Source: an uncultured Candidatus Saccharibacteria bacterium (lineage in GTDB: Bacteria > Patescibacteriota > Minisyncoccia > UBA6257 > UBA11618). From it: a DNA stretch of 64,000 nt. The position numbers and the translations under genes were made by a program. Numbering within the stretch: position 1 is the stretch's first letter; each line of letters starts with the position of its first letter. Positions 1 through 9,484 of the stretch are shown one piece after another. The notes below the pieces were generated by a model. It was not told the origin of the DNA. It ran no database searches and saw only the letters and a list, made by a program, of their open reading frames with translations. The DNA lies in assembly GCA_964362125.1 (NCBI GenBank), contig CAYICS010000002.1, positions 9,302-73,301 of the forward strand. The letters run 5' to 3'.

Positions 1-2319
1 TTTCCTTTACCTAAAGACGAAACAGCCAATTCCTATTTAGAGAAGTTAGTGGCAGAACGTTTACCGCAAAGATTTACTGAACCAACTTCAGAAGTTAAAG
101 AGCGTTTGAGGCATGAATTATCGGTGATCAAGCAGACTGGTTTTTCTGAGTACTTCCTGATTGTTCAGGATTTTATTAACTGGGCCAAAGAACGGAAGAT
201 TGTCAGTTCCTGCCGGGGTTCTGCCGGCGGCAGTCTGGTGTCTTATGTTTTGGGCGTCACCAACGTTGATCCTCTTAAGTATGGATTAATTTTCGAAAGA
301 TTTTTGAATCCGGATCGGAACGAAATGCCGGATATTGATGTTGATATTACTGATGTCCGCCGTGATGAAGTTCTGGGTTATTTAAAAGAAAAATACGGCG
401 ACGCCCATGTGGCCAATATCATTACTTTCGGTACCATGGCGGCCCGGGCGGCGGTGCGGGATGTGGGGCGGGTCTTGGGAATCACTTACGATTTTTGCGA
501 TCGGTTAGCTAAACTCATTCCTTTTAATCAGGATTTGACCAGCGCCCTCGAGACCATCCCGGAATTAAAAGAGATTTATAAAAGTAATAGCGATGCCCAG
601 CGGCTTTTAGACGCCGCCCGGCGTCTTGAAGGGGTAGCCCGGCACGCCTCTGTCCATGCCTGCGGTGTGGTGATTACCAAAGAACCGCTGATTGAATATT
701 TGCCTTTGCAGTATGCCCCCCAAGACCCCAACACCACTATTACTCAGTTTGAAATGTACAGCGTTGAGGATCTTGGCCTTTTGAAGATAGATATTTTAGG
801 TTTGAAAAACCTGACTATTATTGAAGAAACAGGAAGAATGGTTCAGGAAGGACGCGGCGAAACTATTGATGTGGATTTAGTTCCTCTTGACGATCAAAAA
901 ACTTTTTCCGCCCTTCAACAAGGCGAGACCACAGGCGTATTCCAATTTGAAGGACAGGGTATGAGGCGCTACATGAAGGCCCTTAAGCCAACAGAGCTGG
1001 AGGATTTGGTGGCTTTGGTTTCTCTTTTTCGGCCCGGACCGATGGAATTAATTCCCTCTTATATTCATCGTAAGCACGGCCGGGAATCAATTACCTATCT
1101 TCATCCGAAACTAGAACCAATTATGGCCAGCACTTATGGCGTGGGCATTTATCAGGAGCAGATGATGAGAATTGCGGTTGATCTGGCTGGCTACACTTTG
1201 CCGGAAGCTGATACTTTAAGAAAAGCTATTGGCAAGAAAATTAAAAGCTTACTTAATGAACAACAGGAGAAATTAATCAGCGGCATGATTAAAAACGGCA
1301 TTGATCCCCGGACAGCCAGAGCCATCTGGGAATTATTTCCGCCTTTTGCCCGTTATGGCTTTAATCGCTCGCATGGGGTGGCTTACGCTTTAATCGGTTA
1401 TAAGACGGCTTATCTTAAAACTTATTATCCGGTGGAGTTTATGACGGCTTTACTTAACAGTGATTCCGGCGATATTGATCGGGTGGCTTTTTTAGTGAGC
1501 GAGTGCCGCCGGATGGGGATAGCGGTTCTGCCGCCGGATGTTAATCACAGCGGTGTTAAATTCGTTCCTGATTATTCGGCTAACTCGGGCCGGGCGATTC
1601 GTTTTGGCCTGACCGCCGTGAAAAATGTCGGTGACAATATTGTGGAAGCGATTGTGGCTGAAAGACAGGCCGGCGGCGGATTTAAAGATTTGGCTGATTT
1701 ACTCAACCGGGTTCAGCATAAAGATCTTAATCGGAAATCTCTGGAGAGTTTAATTAAGTGCGGCGCCCTTGATTCTTTAAATATGGAGCGGGCGCAGGCC
1801 TTAGGTAATTTGGATGATATTTTAAGATTCAGTTCGGCCTTGCGGCGGGAGCAGAATAATAATCAGATGGGACTTTTTGTTCATAATGTTTCTAATCATT
1901 CCCTGCGGCTGACTTCGCCAACTGCCGGGCCAGCCAGCTCTGTTCAGAAATTAGCTTGGGAAAAAGAGTTGCTGGGGCTCTATCTTTCTGATCATCCGCT
2001 TAATGGTTATCGAGATAAGTTAGAAAAGATTAAGGCTAAGCCAATTGACAATGTTTTAGCGGCCAGAATTGAAAGTGAGCCGGTGATTGTGGCGGGCTTG
2101 GTGGCTAAAATTCAAAAGATTGTCACGCGCACCGGCAAACCAATGTTGTTTGTGAAACTGGAGGATTTGACTAATGGTTTGGAGGTGGTGGTTTTCCCGG
2201 AGACTTTGGAAAAAACCTCTAACGCCTGGCGGGAAGGCGCGATCGTGGGCGTGGCCGGCAGGATGTCGTTCCGCGATGGCGAGGGGAAGTTGATTTGTAA
2301 TAATGCGAGGGAACTGTAA
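1..2319 (+). CDS. dnaE: DNA polymerase III alpha subunit (5'-truncated by window edge)
   Basis: Motifs RGSAGGSLV, FERFLNPDR..MPDIDVD, HACGVVI, KIDILGL, YGFNRSH and a C-terminal OB fold. The frame is open from base 1. Confidence 0.98.
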   Translation, partial: FPLPKDETANSYLEKLVAERLPQRFTEPTSEVKERLRHELSVIKQTGFSEYFLIVQDFINWAKERKIVSSCRGSAGGSLVSYVLGVTNVDPLKYGLIFERFLNPDRNEMPDIDVDITDVRRDEVLGYLKEKYGDAHVANIITFGTMAARAAVRDVGRVLGITYDFCDRLAKLIPFNQDLTSALETIPELKEIYKSNSDAQRLLDAARRLEGVARHASVHACGVVITKEPLIEYLPLQYAPQDPNTTITQFEMYSVEDLGLLKIDILGLKNLTIIEETGRMVQEGRGETIDVDLVPLDDQKTFSALQQGETTGVFQFEGQGMRRYMKALKPTELEDLVALVSLFRPGPMELIPSYIHRKHGRESITYLHPKLEPIMASTYGVGIYQEQMMRIAVDLAGYTLPEADTLRKAIGKKIKSLLNEQQEKLISGMIKNGIDPRTARAIWELFPPFARYGFNRSHGVAYALIGYKTAYLKTYYPVEFMTALLNSDSGDIDRVAFLVSECRRMGIAVLPPDVNHSGVKFVPDYSANSGRAIRFGLTAVKNVGDNIVEAIVAERQAGGGFKDLADLLNRVQHKDLNRKSLESLIKCGALDSLNMERAQALGNLDDILRFSSALRREQNNNQMGLFVHNVSNHSLRLTSPTAGPASSVQKLAWEKELLGLYLSDHPLNGYRDKLEKIKAKPIDNVLAARIESEPVIVAGLVAKIQKIVTRTGKPMLFVKLEDLTNGLEVVVFPETLEKTSNAWREGAIVGVAGRMSFRDGEGKLICNNAREL

Positions 2320-2320
2320 A

Positions 2321-2404
2321 AATCCTAATACTCGAATGGCATCCGAATGACCCTAATGATCCTAATGTATTCGGGTCATTAGGGTGAATTAGGGTATTAG
2401 GATT
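2321..2404. repeat. Imperfect inverted repeat built from CCTAAT/CCGAAT units
   Basis: AATCCTAATAC...GTATTAGGATT ends; GACCCTAATGA units on the left and TCATTAGGGT units on the right. Confidence 0.75.
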
Positions 2405-2432
2405 ATTTACAGAATTGCTTTATATTTAATTT

Positions 2433-3629
2433 ATGCCCCAGAATCGTGATCATCGGGAGTTAGGGCGACTGCTTGATCTTTTTTCTTTTGAGGAGATTGC
2501 GCCCGGGGCGCCGTTTTGGCTGCCCAGAGGGATGATTGTTTTCCGGGAGTTGGAGAGGGTGGCGCGAATGATTAATGACAGTCATGGCTATGATGAGATT
2601 TCCACTCCAATTTTGGTGAAAAGCGAAGTCTTTAAAAAATCCGGTCACTGGGAGCATTATCGCGATAATATGTTCTATTTCAAAAACCCCAATGACAAAA
2701 ATGAAGAGTTGGTGATTAAACCGATGAATTGTCCGGAGTCCACATATGTTTATAATGCCAAAATCCGCAGCTACCGTGACCTGCCCTTGCGGTTGGCAGA
2801 GATCGGCCGACTGCATCGCAATGAATTATCCGGCGTCTTGGGCGGCCTGCTGCGGGTGCGGCAGATTACCATGGACGACGCTCATATTTATTGCCGGCCG
2901 GATCAGGTAGAAGATGAAATTAAAGAAATTGTAAAAATTTTTGAAAAGTTTTATGGCCTTTTTGGAATGAAACCTATTTATGTTTCAGCTACCCGACCTA
3001 AAGATGCTATGGGCGATAAAGACGACTGGGATCAGGCAGAGAAAGCTTTAGAGAGAGCTCTGGATCAGAGCGGTGTTAAATACAAGGTGGCTAAAGGTGA
3101 AGGCGCCTTTTACGGTCCTAAAGTTGAAATTCATCTTCAGGATTCGCAAGGTCGGGTGTGGCAGATGGGCACAGCTCAATTGGATTTGGTAATGTTGCCC
3201 AAACAATTCACTGTGTCTTACATTGATGAAAAAGGCAAAAAGCAGAGGCCGTGGGTAATTCATCGGGCAATTTTTGGTTCGTTTGAAAGATTTATCGGAA
3301 TGCTTTTAGAGCATACTGACGGTAATCTGCCGGTATGGCTCTCCCCGGTTCAGGCGATTGTTTTGAATATCACTGACGCCCAAGCTGGTTATGCCAAAAA
3401 AATTCATAAAGAATTGGCCAACGTCGGCATTCGCAGCCAGCTCGATCTTGACAACGCCACCATCAGTAAAAAAATCCGCGAGGCCGAAGTTAAAAAAATT
3501 CCTTATATTTTAGTGGTTGGCGCGAAAGAAGAAAATAATAAAACAGTGGCATTGCGTAATAAATCAATGTCTCTTGAGGATTTGCTCAAAAAGATTGCGC
3601 AGGACCTGCGGATTGGCTTTACCTTTTAG
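2433..3629 (+). CDS. thrS: Threonyl-tRNA synthetase, short form without the N-terminal TGS/editing domains
   Basis: Begins at RDHRELG; has SGHW, KPMNCP, HRNE.SG.L.GL.RVR, GEGAFYGPK, IHRAIFGSFERF and an anticodon-binding domain; 398 aa. Confidence 0.97.
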   Translation: MPQNRDHRELGRLLDLFSFEEIAPGAPFWLPRGMIVFRELERVARMINDSHGYDEISTPILVKSEVFKKSGHWEHYRDNMFYFKNPNDKNEELVIKPMNCPESTYVYNAKIRSYRDLPLRLAEIGRLHRNELSGVLGGLLRVRQITMDDAHIYCRPDQVEDEIKEIVKIFEKFYGLFGMKPIYVSATRPKDAMGDKDDWDQAEKALERALDQSGVKYKVAKGEGAFYGPKVEIHLQDSQGRVWQMGTAQLDLVMLPKQFTVSYIDEKGKKQRPWVIHRAIFGSFERFIGMLLEHTDGNLPVWLSPVQAIVLNITDAQAGYAKKIHKELANVGIRSQLDLDNATISKKIREAEVKKIPYILVVGAKEENNKTVALRNKSMSLEDLLKKIAQDLRIGFTF

Positions 3630-5024
3630 TTCGCTCATTGCCTTGCCGATCAATGCCTGAATGGCTTGGGCTTTGCCTTTTTTATAATCAGCCGCGGGCT
3701 GGGGGTTTTCTTTAATAATTTTCTCGACAATCTTTTTTAATTCATTTTCATCAGAAATCTGGACCAGTCCTTCGCTTTTCATAATTTCATGGGGGTCGCC
3801 GCCGGTTTGGGACATTTTTAACAGGATGTTCTTGGCGGCGCGGCTGGTGAGTTGACCATCAGAAATTAGTTGTATGAGATGGGCAAATTTTTCTGGTGTA
3901 ATTTTAAGATTGTCCCAAGTGGTTTCTTCTTTGGTCATCAGGCCCCACAAGTCGCTCGTAAAATAGTTATAGAGCGATTTAATACCCAATTTCCAATTTC
4001 CCCGCCTGCCAGTGCCTGAGGCCCAGGCCGATGGCGGGCAGGCAATTTCCAATGACCGTAACTCCGAAGTGGATTTTTCGAAGAAATTGGCGGCGGATCG
4101 GTCTTGGACGAGAATATTCACCTGCTCCGGCGTTAGATTAAATTCTTTGATAAAGCGCCGGCGTTTTTGTTCCGGCAGTTCCGGAATCTCTGTTTTTAAA
4201 CTATTGGGGTCCAACCCCAATAGATTCATTGGGGGAAGGTCTGGTTCGGGAAAATAGCGGTAATCCTGCTCCCCCTCTTTGATTCTTTGGGAAACGGTCG
4301 CTTGTTTATTGTCATCCCAACCGCGGGTTTCCTGAATGACTTTTTTGCCGCTTGCAATTAATTTTTGCTGACGCTGATATTCGTATTCAATCGCCGCCTC
4401 CAGCGCCTTGAAAGAATTGATATTTTTTAATTCCACTTTAGTACCCATATTCAATGAGACATTAGCTTCCAGTCTCATCTGTCCTTTTTCCATATCAGCG
4501 TCAGAAATATCCAGATAGCGCAAAATTAACCGCAACTCCCGGCCGAAGTCAGCCGCCTGTTTGGCGCTGGTAATGTCCGGTTCTGTCACTAATTCCAAAA
4601 GCGGCACGCCCGAGCGGTTGTAATCCACGAGACTATGACCAACGTGAATTAATGTGCCGGTGTCTTCTTCCAGATGAATCCGGCGAAGACGGATGCCCAA
4701 CAGCTCCCCGCCAGTAATCAGCGGTTCATCGTATTCAGAAATTTGATAGCCCTTGGGCAGGTCGGGGTAAAAGTAATTTTTACGGTCGAACTTGGCTTGT
4801 TTAGTAATCTTTCCAGCCAGAGCCAAGCCCAGCTTAATTACCATCTCCACTGCCTTTTTGTTGATTGTGGGCAGGGTGCCGGGATGGCCGACACAAATTG
4901 GACAAACATTAACATTGGGATGGTGTTCCGCCGGGTCATTTAAGCAATCACAAAACATCTTGGTTCTGGTTTTTAACTCGGCATGAATTTCCAAACCAAC
5001 CGTTAGTTTCGGTTCAGAAGACAT
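3564..5024 (-). CDS. gatB: Asp-tRNA(Asn)/Glu-tRNA(Gln) amidotransferase subunit B
   Basis: GLEIHAEL.T.TKMFC, FDRKNYFYPDLPKGYQIS, HLEEDTG, DYRYFPEPDLP. Confidence 0.98.
   Translation of the reverse strand: MSSEPKLTVGLEIHAELKTRTKMFCDCLNDPAEHHPNVNVCPICVGHPGTLPTINKKAVEMVIKLGLALAGKITKQAKFDRKNYFYPDLPKGYQISEYDEPLITGGELLGIRLRRIHLEEDTGTLIHVGHSLVDYNRSGVPLLELVTEPDITSAKQAADFGRELRLILRYLDISDADMEKGQMRLEANVSLNMGTKVELKNINSFKALEAAIEYEYQRQQKLIASGKKVIQETRGWDDNKQATVSQRIKEGEQDYRYFPEPDLPPMNLLGLDPNSLKTEIPELPEQKRRRFIKEFNLTPEQVNILVQDRSAANFFEKSTSELRSLEIACPPSAWASGTGRRGNWKLGIKSLYNYFTSDLWGLMTKEETTWDNLKITPEKFAHLIQLISDGQLTSRAAKNILLKMSQTGGDPHEIMKSEGLVQISDENELKKIVEKIIKENPQPAADYKKGKAQAIQALIGKAMSELKGKANPQVLRNLFEQILKRH
3981..4057. 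repeat. AATTTCC heptamer array with a 42-nt GC-rich hairpin, in frame inside gatB
   Basis: AATACCC-AATTTCC-AATTTCC-[4002-4043, GCCTGCC...GGCAGGC]-AATTTCC-AATGACC. Confidence 0.8.
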
Positions 5025-5040
5025 CTATTAAATTAAAGCA

Positions 5041-6030
5041 CTAGCAGCCAGCGGCTTTCAATGCCTTTCTTGTCGCGGGGCCGACATAGCCGTAGTTGGG
5101 ATCATCAGCGCCGCTGACTATGCCTTTATCGGTTTGGAATTTGCCAGCCGCCGCTTTGGTCTTAGCGCCAAAGTATGTGGATTCGTTACCGGGAGAACCG
5201 GAGCCGCTTTCAGCAACGGGATAGCCGATACTATTGAGACAAATCTGCAGCTTCTTCACACCGTCGTTATCATTCCCTTCTTCCAAGGCGTAGTTAACTA
5301 AACCGACAGCGGCAACTGGGGTGGGCGTCGTTGTTCCGGAAATTTTGGATAATTGCTGTTGGACCGCCGGCGATGCCAATTGCGGGGCTTTTTTCAACAA
5401 GTCTAAAACTTGAGCCAAGAGATTAGCAATTTGCTGTCTTATGGCGGCTATTAAAGCGCTTCGGTCAATAGTTGGAGCTGTTGGTTGTTGAAGGGCTATA
5501 GAGGCCGTGTCGCCAACTCTAATTGATGCTATTGGGGATGTTGCCGTGCCAAAGGCATTATAGGCCTCGACAGTATAATAATGTATAGAACCATTATTCA
5601 GTTTTTTATGAGTAAAATCAGTTCTGGGATAGAATATGGGTCCAGCCAGTCTTACAAAATTATTATTATCTAAACTGTGATTAACATAAAAGCCAGAGGC
5701 ATTTATAGCAAGGGTCCAAGTGACAATGATTGAATTTAAGGTGCTGGTTAGAGAAACCACTGGTATCCCCAATTGATTGGTGCCGCCTTGATTAATTACG
5801 GCGCCCTGGCTTCCTCCGTAGGCTTGGCCTGGACCCCCGCCGCCTCCGCCACCACCGCCGCCGCCTGAACCGCCTGATTGACCAAAGGCGATCTGGTAAG
5901 ACAAAGGCAGGGTTGGGCTATTGAGGAAAATTGAGACTAAAACAAAAACAATAAAAAAGCCAATGCCGACAGCTGATTTAATCGCTTGTCCCCCCTGTTG
6001 GCTCTGTAGTAATTCTATAAAGCGCCTCAT
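5041..6030 (-). CDS. Membrane-anchored surface protein: poly-Gly linker, FN3-like domain, C-terminal peptidoglycan-binding domain
   Basis: N-terminal hydrophobic segment; Gly run; IIVTW...YYTVEAYN (FN3-like); VKKLQICLN...YFGAKTKAA..KFQ...GYVGPATR (PG_binding_1-like). Confidence 0.75.
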   Translation of the reverse strand: MRRFIELLQSQQGGQAIKSAVGIGFFIVFVLVSIFLNSPTLPLSYQIAFGQSGGSGGGGGGGGGGGPGQAYGGSQGAVINQGGTNQLGIPVVSLTSTLNSIIVTWTLAINASGFYVNHSLDNNNFVRLAGPIFYPRTDFTHKKLNNGSIHYYTVEAYNAFGTATSPIASIRVGDTASIALQQPTAPTIDRSALIAAIRQQIANLLAQVLDLLKKAPQLASPAVQQQLSKISGTTTPTPVAAVGLVNYALEEGNDNDGVKKLQICLNSIGYPVAESGSGSPGNESTYFGAKTKAAAGKFQTDKGIVSGADDPNYGYVGPATRKALKAAGC

Positions 6031-7354
6031 TTTTTTCTGATACTTTAATTATCTTATTATTTTGACTCAGTAACAATTCTAACCTGTGGATAACTTTTTC
6101 TTTATCTTTTGTCCGGCGGCCAAGGTAGATATAGGCCGGTATTTTAGCAGATAAACCATTTAATTCGCCGCTGGTAATGACTTTATGGCTGCTGAAACCG
6201 TAAAGAACTGAATAATAAAGGTTATCGCCGGCAACAATCATTGCCTCCGGGTCCAATTTTGCCAGAGATTTAATTTCTGTTAATTCCTGAGAATTTATTA
6301 GGGGTTCTGTTAGCCAGCTTTGGTAGAAGGCGTTGGCTGTGACAATGACTATGACAATGACAACGGCCAGTTTGCCAAGACGGCTCTGCCATAACCAAAG
6401 AACAAAATCTTTTAGTATTGGGCCAGCCAGTATTATAGCGGCCAAATCAAAGAGAATAATAAAGCGGTTGTGGAAAAGAAAATTAGTGAAGATTAGAATT
6501 AGACAAATTAAGAAATAAAGAACCAGTGGCGTGATTTTTTTACTTTGAATCATTCTAGTGACAGCAATGGCGGCAAAAGGGATGTAGAGTAAGCCCAGTA
6601 GGCCGGCGTAGAAATCAAAGTCAACGAATTGACCCGAGAAAAGAAAAGCGGTTTCTGGCGCGCCTCGCAGATATTGCTCTGAATAATAAAGAGCGCTTAA
6701 AAGTTCTTGGCCGCGGGCCAATAAAACCAAAATTAATGCCAGCAGAGCTTTTAAAGGCAGGAAGAAAACAGTGGTGATAAAAAGGGGTAGAAAAGCAGGG
6801 GGATGGACAATGCCGGTTAAAGCAATTGCCCCTGCCGCCAGCCAGGGCTTATCTTTCAAAAAGTAAAAAGCAATCAGGGTGAAGATTGCTCCTAACATCA
6901 TTTTCGGGAGAAAGGCCCAGTAGAAAAGAAATTGAGATAAAGATAGTGAGAAAATTAATAAACTAAAAAAGGCGGCTTCCCGGCCGTAATTCTTTTTCAC
7001 TAAAAAATAGACGGCTGCCGCCAGCAGGAAATTGCTGACAAGATACAGGGAGTAAATAATCAGCGGGGGCAGAAAGTAGTCCTTGAGATAAATGGCGGCG
7101 TCAGCTCCTAGAGGAAAATCTCCCCAATGAAAAAAAGGCAGAAGACGAGAAGTAATTAAGATAGCTAATGGTAAAAGCAGCCACCAACGATTAAATCTTA
7201 AATCATAAATCCTAAATCCTAAATCAGCAGTCAGTATCCAATAAAGAAATAAACTAAATCCCCAAAATACAATTTTCACCGGCCAGCTGGCAGAGAATGG
7301 GGTTGCCAGGACAATTAACAGCAGATAAGCTAAAAACACCAGTTCTTTCTTCAT
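5978..7354 (-). CDS. Multi-pass membrane protein, putative GT-C fold glycosyltransferase
   Basis: More than 10 hydrophobic segments, a PLGAD..Y first loop and a soluble C-terminal tail; lies in a glycan locus. Confidence 0.55.
   Translation of the reverse strand: MKKELVFLAYLLLIVLATPFSASWPVKIVFWGFSLFLYWILTADLGFRIYDLRFNRWWLLLPLAILITSRLLPFFHWGDFPLGADAAIYLKDYFLPPLIIYSLYLVSNFLLAAAVYFLVKKNYGREAAFFSLLIFSLSLSQFLFYWAFLPKMMLGAIFTLIAFYFLKDKPWLAAGAIALTGIVHPPAFLPLFITTVFFLPLKALLALILVLLARGQELLSALYYSEQYLRGAPETAFLFSGQFVDFDFYAGLLGLLYIPFAAIAVTRMIQSKKITPLVLYFLICLILIFTNFLFHNRFIILFDLAAIILAGPILKDFVLWLWQSRLGKLAVVIVIVIVTANAFYQSWLTEPLINSQELTEIKSLAKLDPEAMIVAGDNLYYSVLYGFSSHKVITSGELNGLSAKIPAYIYLGRRTKDKEKVIHRLELLLSQNNKIIKVSEKNEALYRITTEPTGGTSD
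7192..7226. repeat. Five TAAATCH heptamers inside a CDS
   Basis: TAAATCT-TAAATCA-TAAATCC-TAAATCC-TAAATCA, encoding DLGFRIYDLRF on the minus strand. Confidence 0.8.
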
Positions 7355-8015
7355 GAACAAAACTATTTTAGTGATACCAGCTTATAATGAGGCGGAGCGG
7401 ATCGCAACCGTTATCAGCCAAGCCCTGGCCTTAGTGGATCAGGTGATAGTTATTGATGATGGATCAATTGATGAAACTTTTGTTAAAGCTCAAGCGGCCG
7501 GAGCCTTAACTTTGCGGCATCGGATTAACTTGGGTAAAGGAGCGGCTCTAAAGACCGGCTGTGAGGCGGCGCGGCGGCTGGGAGCAGAGATTATTGTCAC
7601 TATTGATGCTGATGGTCAGCACCCGCCGGAATTCATTCCTCAAGTGGTGGAGTTTTTAAAAAACAATAATTTAGATTTTGTTTTTACCATCAGACGGGGC
7701 GGTGACCAGATGTCTTTAATAAGAAGATTGGGCAGATATGTTTTAAATTTTCAGGCTAGAAAACTTTTTAATTTAAATTTGCAGGATATGTGGTGCGGCT
7801 TTCGGGTTTTCCGGATGGAATGTTTGCCGAAAATTGATTGGAATAAAAGCGACTATTCAGGAGAAATTCAGATGGCGTTGAAGGTTGGGAAAAATGGTTT
7901 GCGTTATGGCGAATATGTTATTCCAACAATCTACAACGATAATTTTAAGGGCGTTCATATCCTTCATGGTTTAAAACTATTGGCGCAGATGTTTGTTTGG
8001 CGTATAATACTCTAA
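7353..8015 (+). CDS. GT2 glycosyltransferase, polyprenol-phosphate sugar synthase (DPM1-like)
   Basis: IPAYNE, IDDGS.D, N.GKGAAL.TG, DADGQH. Confidence 0.9.
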   Translation: MNKTILVIPAYNEAERIATVISQALALVDQVIVIDDGSIDETFVKAQAAGALTLRHRINLGKGAALKTGCEAARRLGAEIIVTIDADGQHPPEFIPQVVEFLKNNNLDFVFTIRRGGDQMSLIRRLGRYVLNFQARKLFNLNLQDMWCGFRVFRMECLPKIDWNKSDYSGEIQMALKVGKNGLRYGEYVIPTIYNDNFKGVHILHGLKLLAQMFVWRIIL

Positions 8016-8020
8016 CGTAA

Positions 8021-8350
8021 ATGGCAGTCCAGTTATTAGGTTTAGTAGTAGGTTTAGCGGCAATTCATTTGACCTATCTTTATTACAGGCGAGCTCAATT
8101 CACCAAGCGGGAGTTGGTTTTTTGGCTGATCTTATGGTTAGCTTTTGTTTTTATCGCTCTTTTTCCCAAAAGCGTCAGCCCGGTGATTGGTTATTTAGGT
8201 TTAAATAGAACTATGGATCTGATTATGATCGTGGCTTTTGTTATTTTGTTTGGATTGACTTTTCATAATTATATCATCAATCGCCAGCAGCAGCGAAAAC
8301 TGGAAAGATTAATCCGGGATTTGGCGCTGCAGCAATTGGATAAAAAGTAG
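8021..8350 (+). CDS. DUF2304-like small membrane protein
   Basis: Three TM segments, FP...G..R.MD and a C-terminal L.R.LAL; directly follows a DPM-like GT2. Confidence 0.75.
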   Translation: MAVQLLGLVVGLAAIHLTYLYYRRAQFTKRELVFWLILWLAFVFIALFPKSVSPVIGYLGLNRTMDLIMIVAFVILFGLTFHNYIINRQQQRKLERLIRDLALQQLDKK

Positions 8351-8353
8351 CTT

Positions 8354-9484
8354 ATGCGGATTTTAGTTTTTGCTGCTTTCTACTTCCCCTATAAAGGTGG
8401 TTATGTTTTTAGTCTGCATGAAGTATTGAAAGGATTAGTATTAAAGGGTAATGAAGTAACAGTAATTACTTGTAATACCCATCGGGTAGCGGCGGAAGAA
8501 GAAATTAACGGAGTCAAAATTTTCAGAATTCCCTGTTGGAACCCCCGCTGGCTAAACGGCAGTTATCCCCTTCCCAATTTATTTTCCGTTGTTAAATCTT
8601 TTAAAAAAATCGGCAGAGTTGATGTTATTTCTACTCAAACCAGATTTTTCCCCACAACTTGGCTGGGTTTTTTATTGGCGAAAATCAATGGTATTCCCGT
8701 AGTCCATACTGAGCGCGGCAGTCAGCATCCGGCTTCCGGCAATTGGCTGATTGGGATTATCGGAAAAGCCATTGATCACAGTTTTGGTTGGATTGTTTGC
8801 CGATTTTCTGACGCCGTAGTCGGAGTTTCTCAATCTGCCCGCGTCTTTGCCGGGCATCTGGGCGCTAAAAATCCAATGGTTATTTATAACAGTGTTGATG
8901 TTGATTTTTGGGATATAAAATACCAGCATCACTCTGAGGAAGAAATTACTTTTCTGGGGAGATTAGTTGAGGCCAAGGGCGCCCAAGATTTGATAAAAGC
9001 TTTTCATACTTTGAATTTCCCCAATTTTCGATTAAATATAATCGGCGACGGTCCCCATCGGGAAAATCTGGAGCAGTTGGTAAGAGATTTAAATCTCAGG
9101 GGGCGGGTTATTTTTTGGGGGGAATTATCGCTTAATGAAATTCGTCTGATTTTTGCCAGAACCACTGTCTTTGTTAATCCATCTTACTCCGAAGGTTTGC
9201 CGCGATCGGTATTGGAAGCGGCGGCCGCCGGCCTGCCGATAGTAGCCACTGATATCGGCGGCACCAGAGAGATTATTTGCACTCAAGACCACGGTGTTTT
9301 AGTATATGTCAATGATATTGATGGCCTGGTCGGGGGTATAAATCTGTTACTGATTAATATTGATTTAAGAAAAAGAGTTGGTCAAAAAGTCCGGGAGTAT
9401 GTCAAAGAAAGATTTAATAGTGATTTGGCTGTAAATAATTATCATCAACTTTATGTGCGGCATAGCCGGGAAAATATATCTTAA
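8354..9484 (+). CDS. GT4 glycosyltransferase
   Basis: GRL...KG and EGLPRSVLEA (EX7E). Confidence 0.92.
   Translation: MRILVFAAFYFPYKGGYVFSLHEVLKGLVLKGNEVTVITCNTHRVAAEEEINGVKIFRIPCWNPRWLNGSYPLPNLFSVVKSFKKIGRVDVISTQTRFFPTTWLGFLLAKINGIPVVHTERGSQHPASGNWLIGIIGKAIDHSFGWIVCRFSDAVVGVSQSARVFAGHLGAKNPMVIYNSVDVDFWDIKYQHHSEEEITFLGRLVEAKGAQDLIKAFHTLNFPNFRLNIIGDGPHRENLEQLVRDLNLRGRVIFWGELSLNEIRLIFARTTVFVNPSYSEGLPRSVLEAAAAGLPIVATDIGGTREIICTQDHGVLVYVNDIDGLVGGINLLLINIDLRKRVGQKVREYVKERFNSDLAVNNYHQLYVRHSRENIS

Noticed and set aside
1-2319. Intein or split in dnaE
   Set aside because: The YGFNRSH region and the other motifs are contiguous, with no insertion in the visible part.
5835-5876. GGC/GGT repeat as a contingency locus
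   Set aside because: It is a mixed-codon triplet run encoding a Gly linker, and slippage would not shift the frame.
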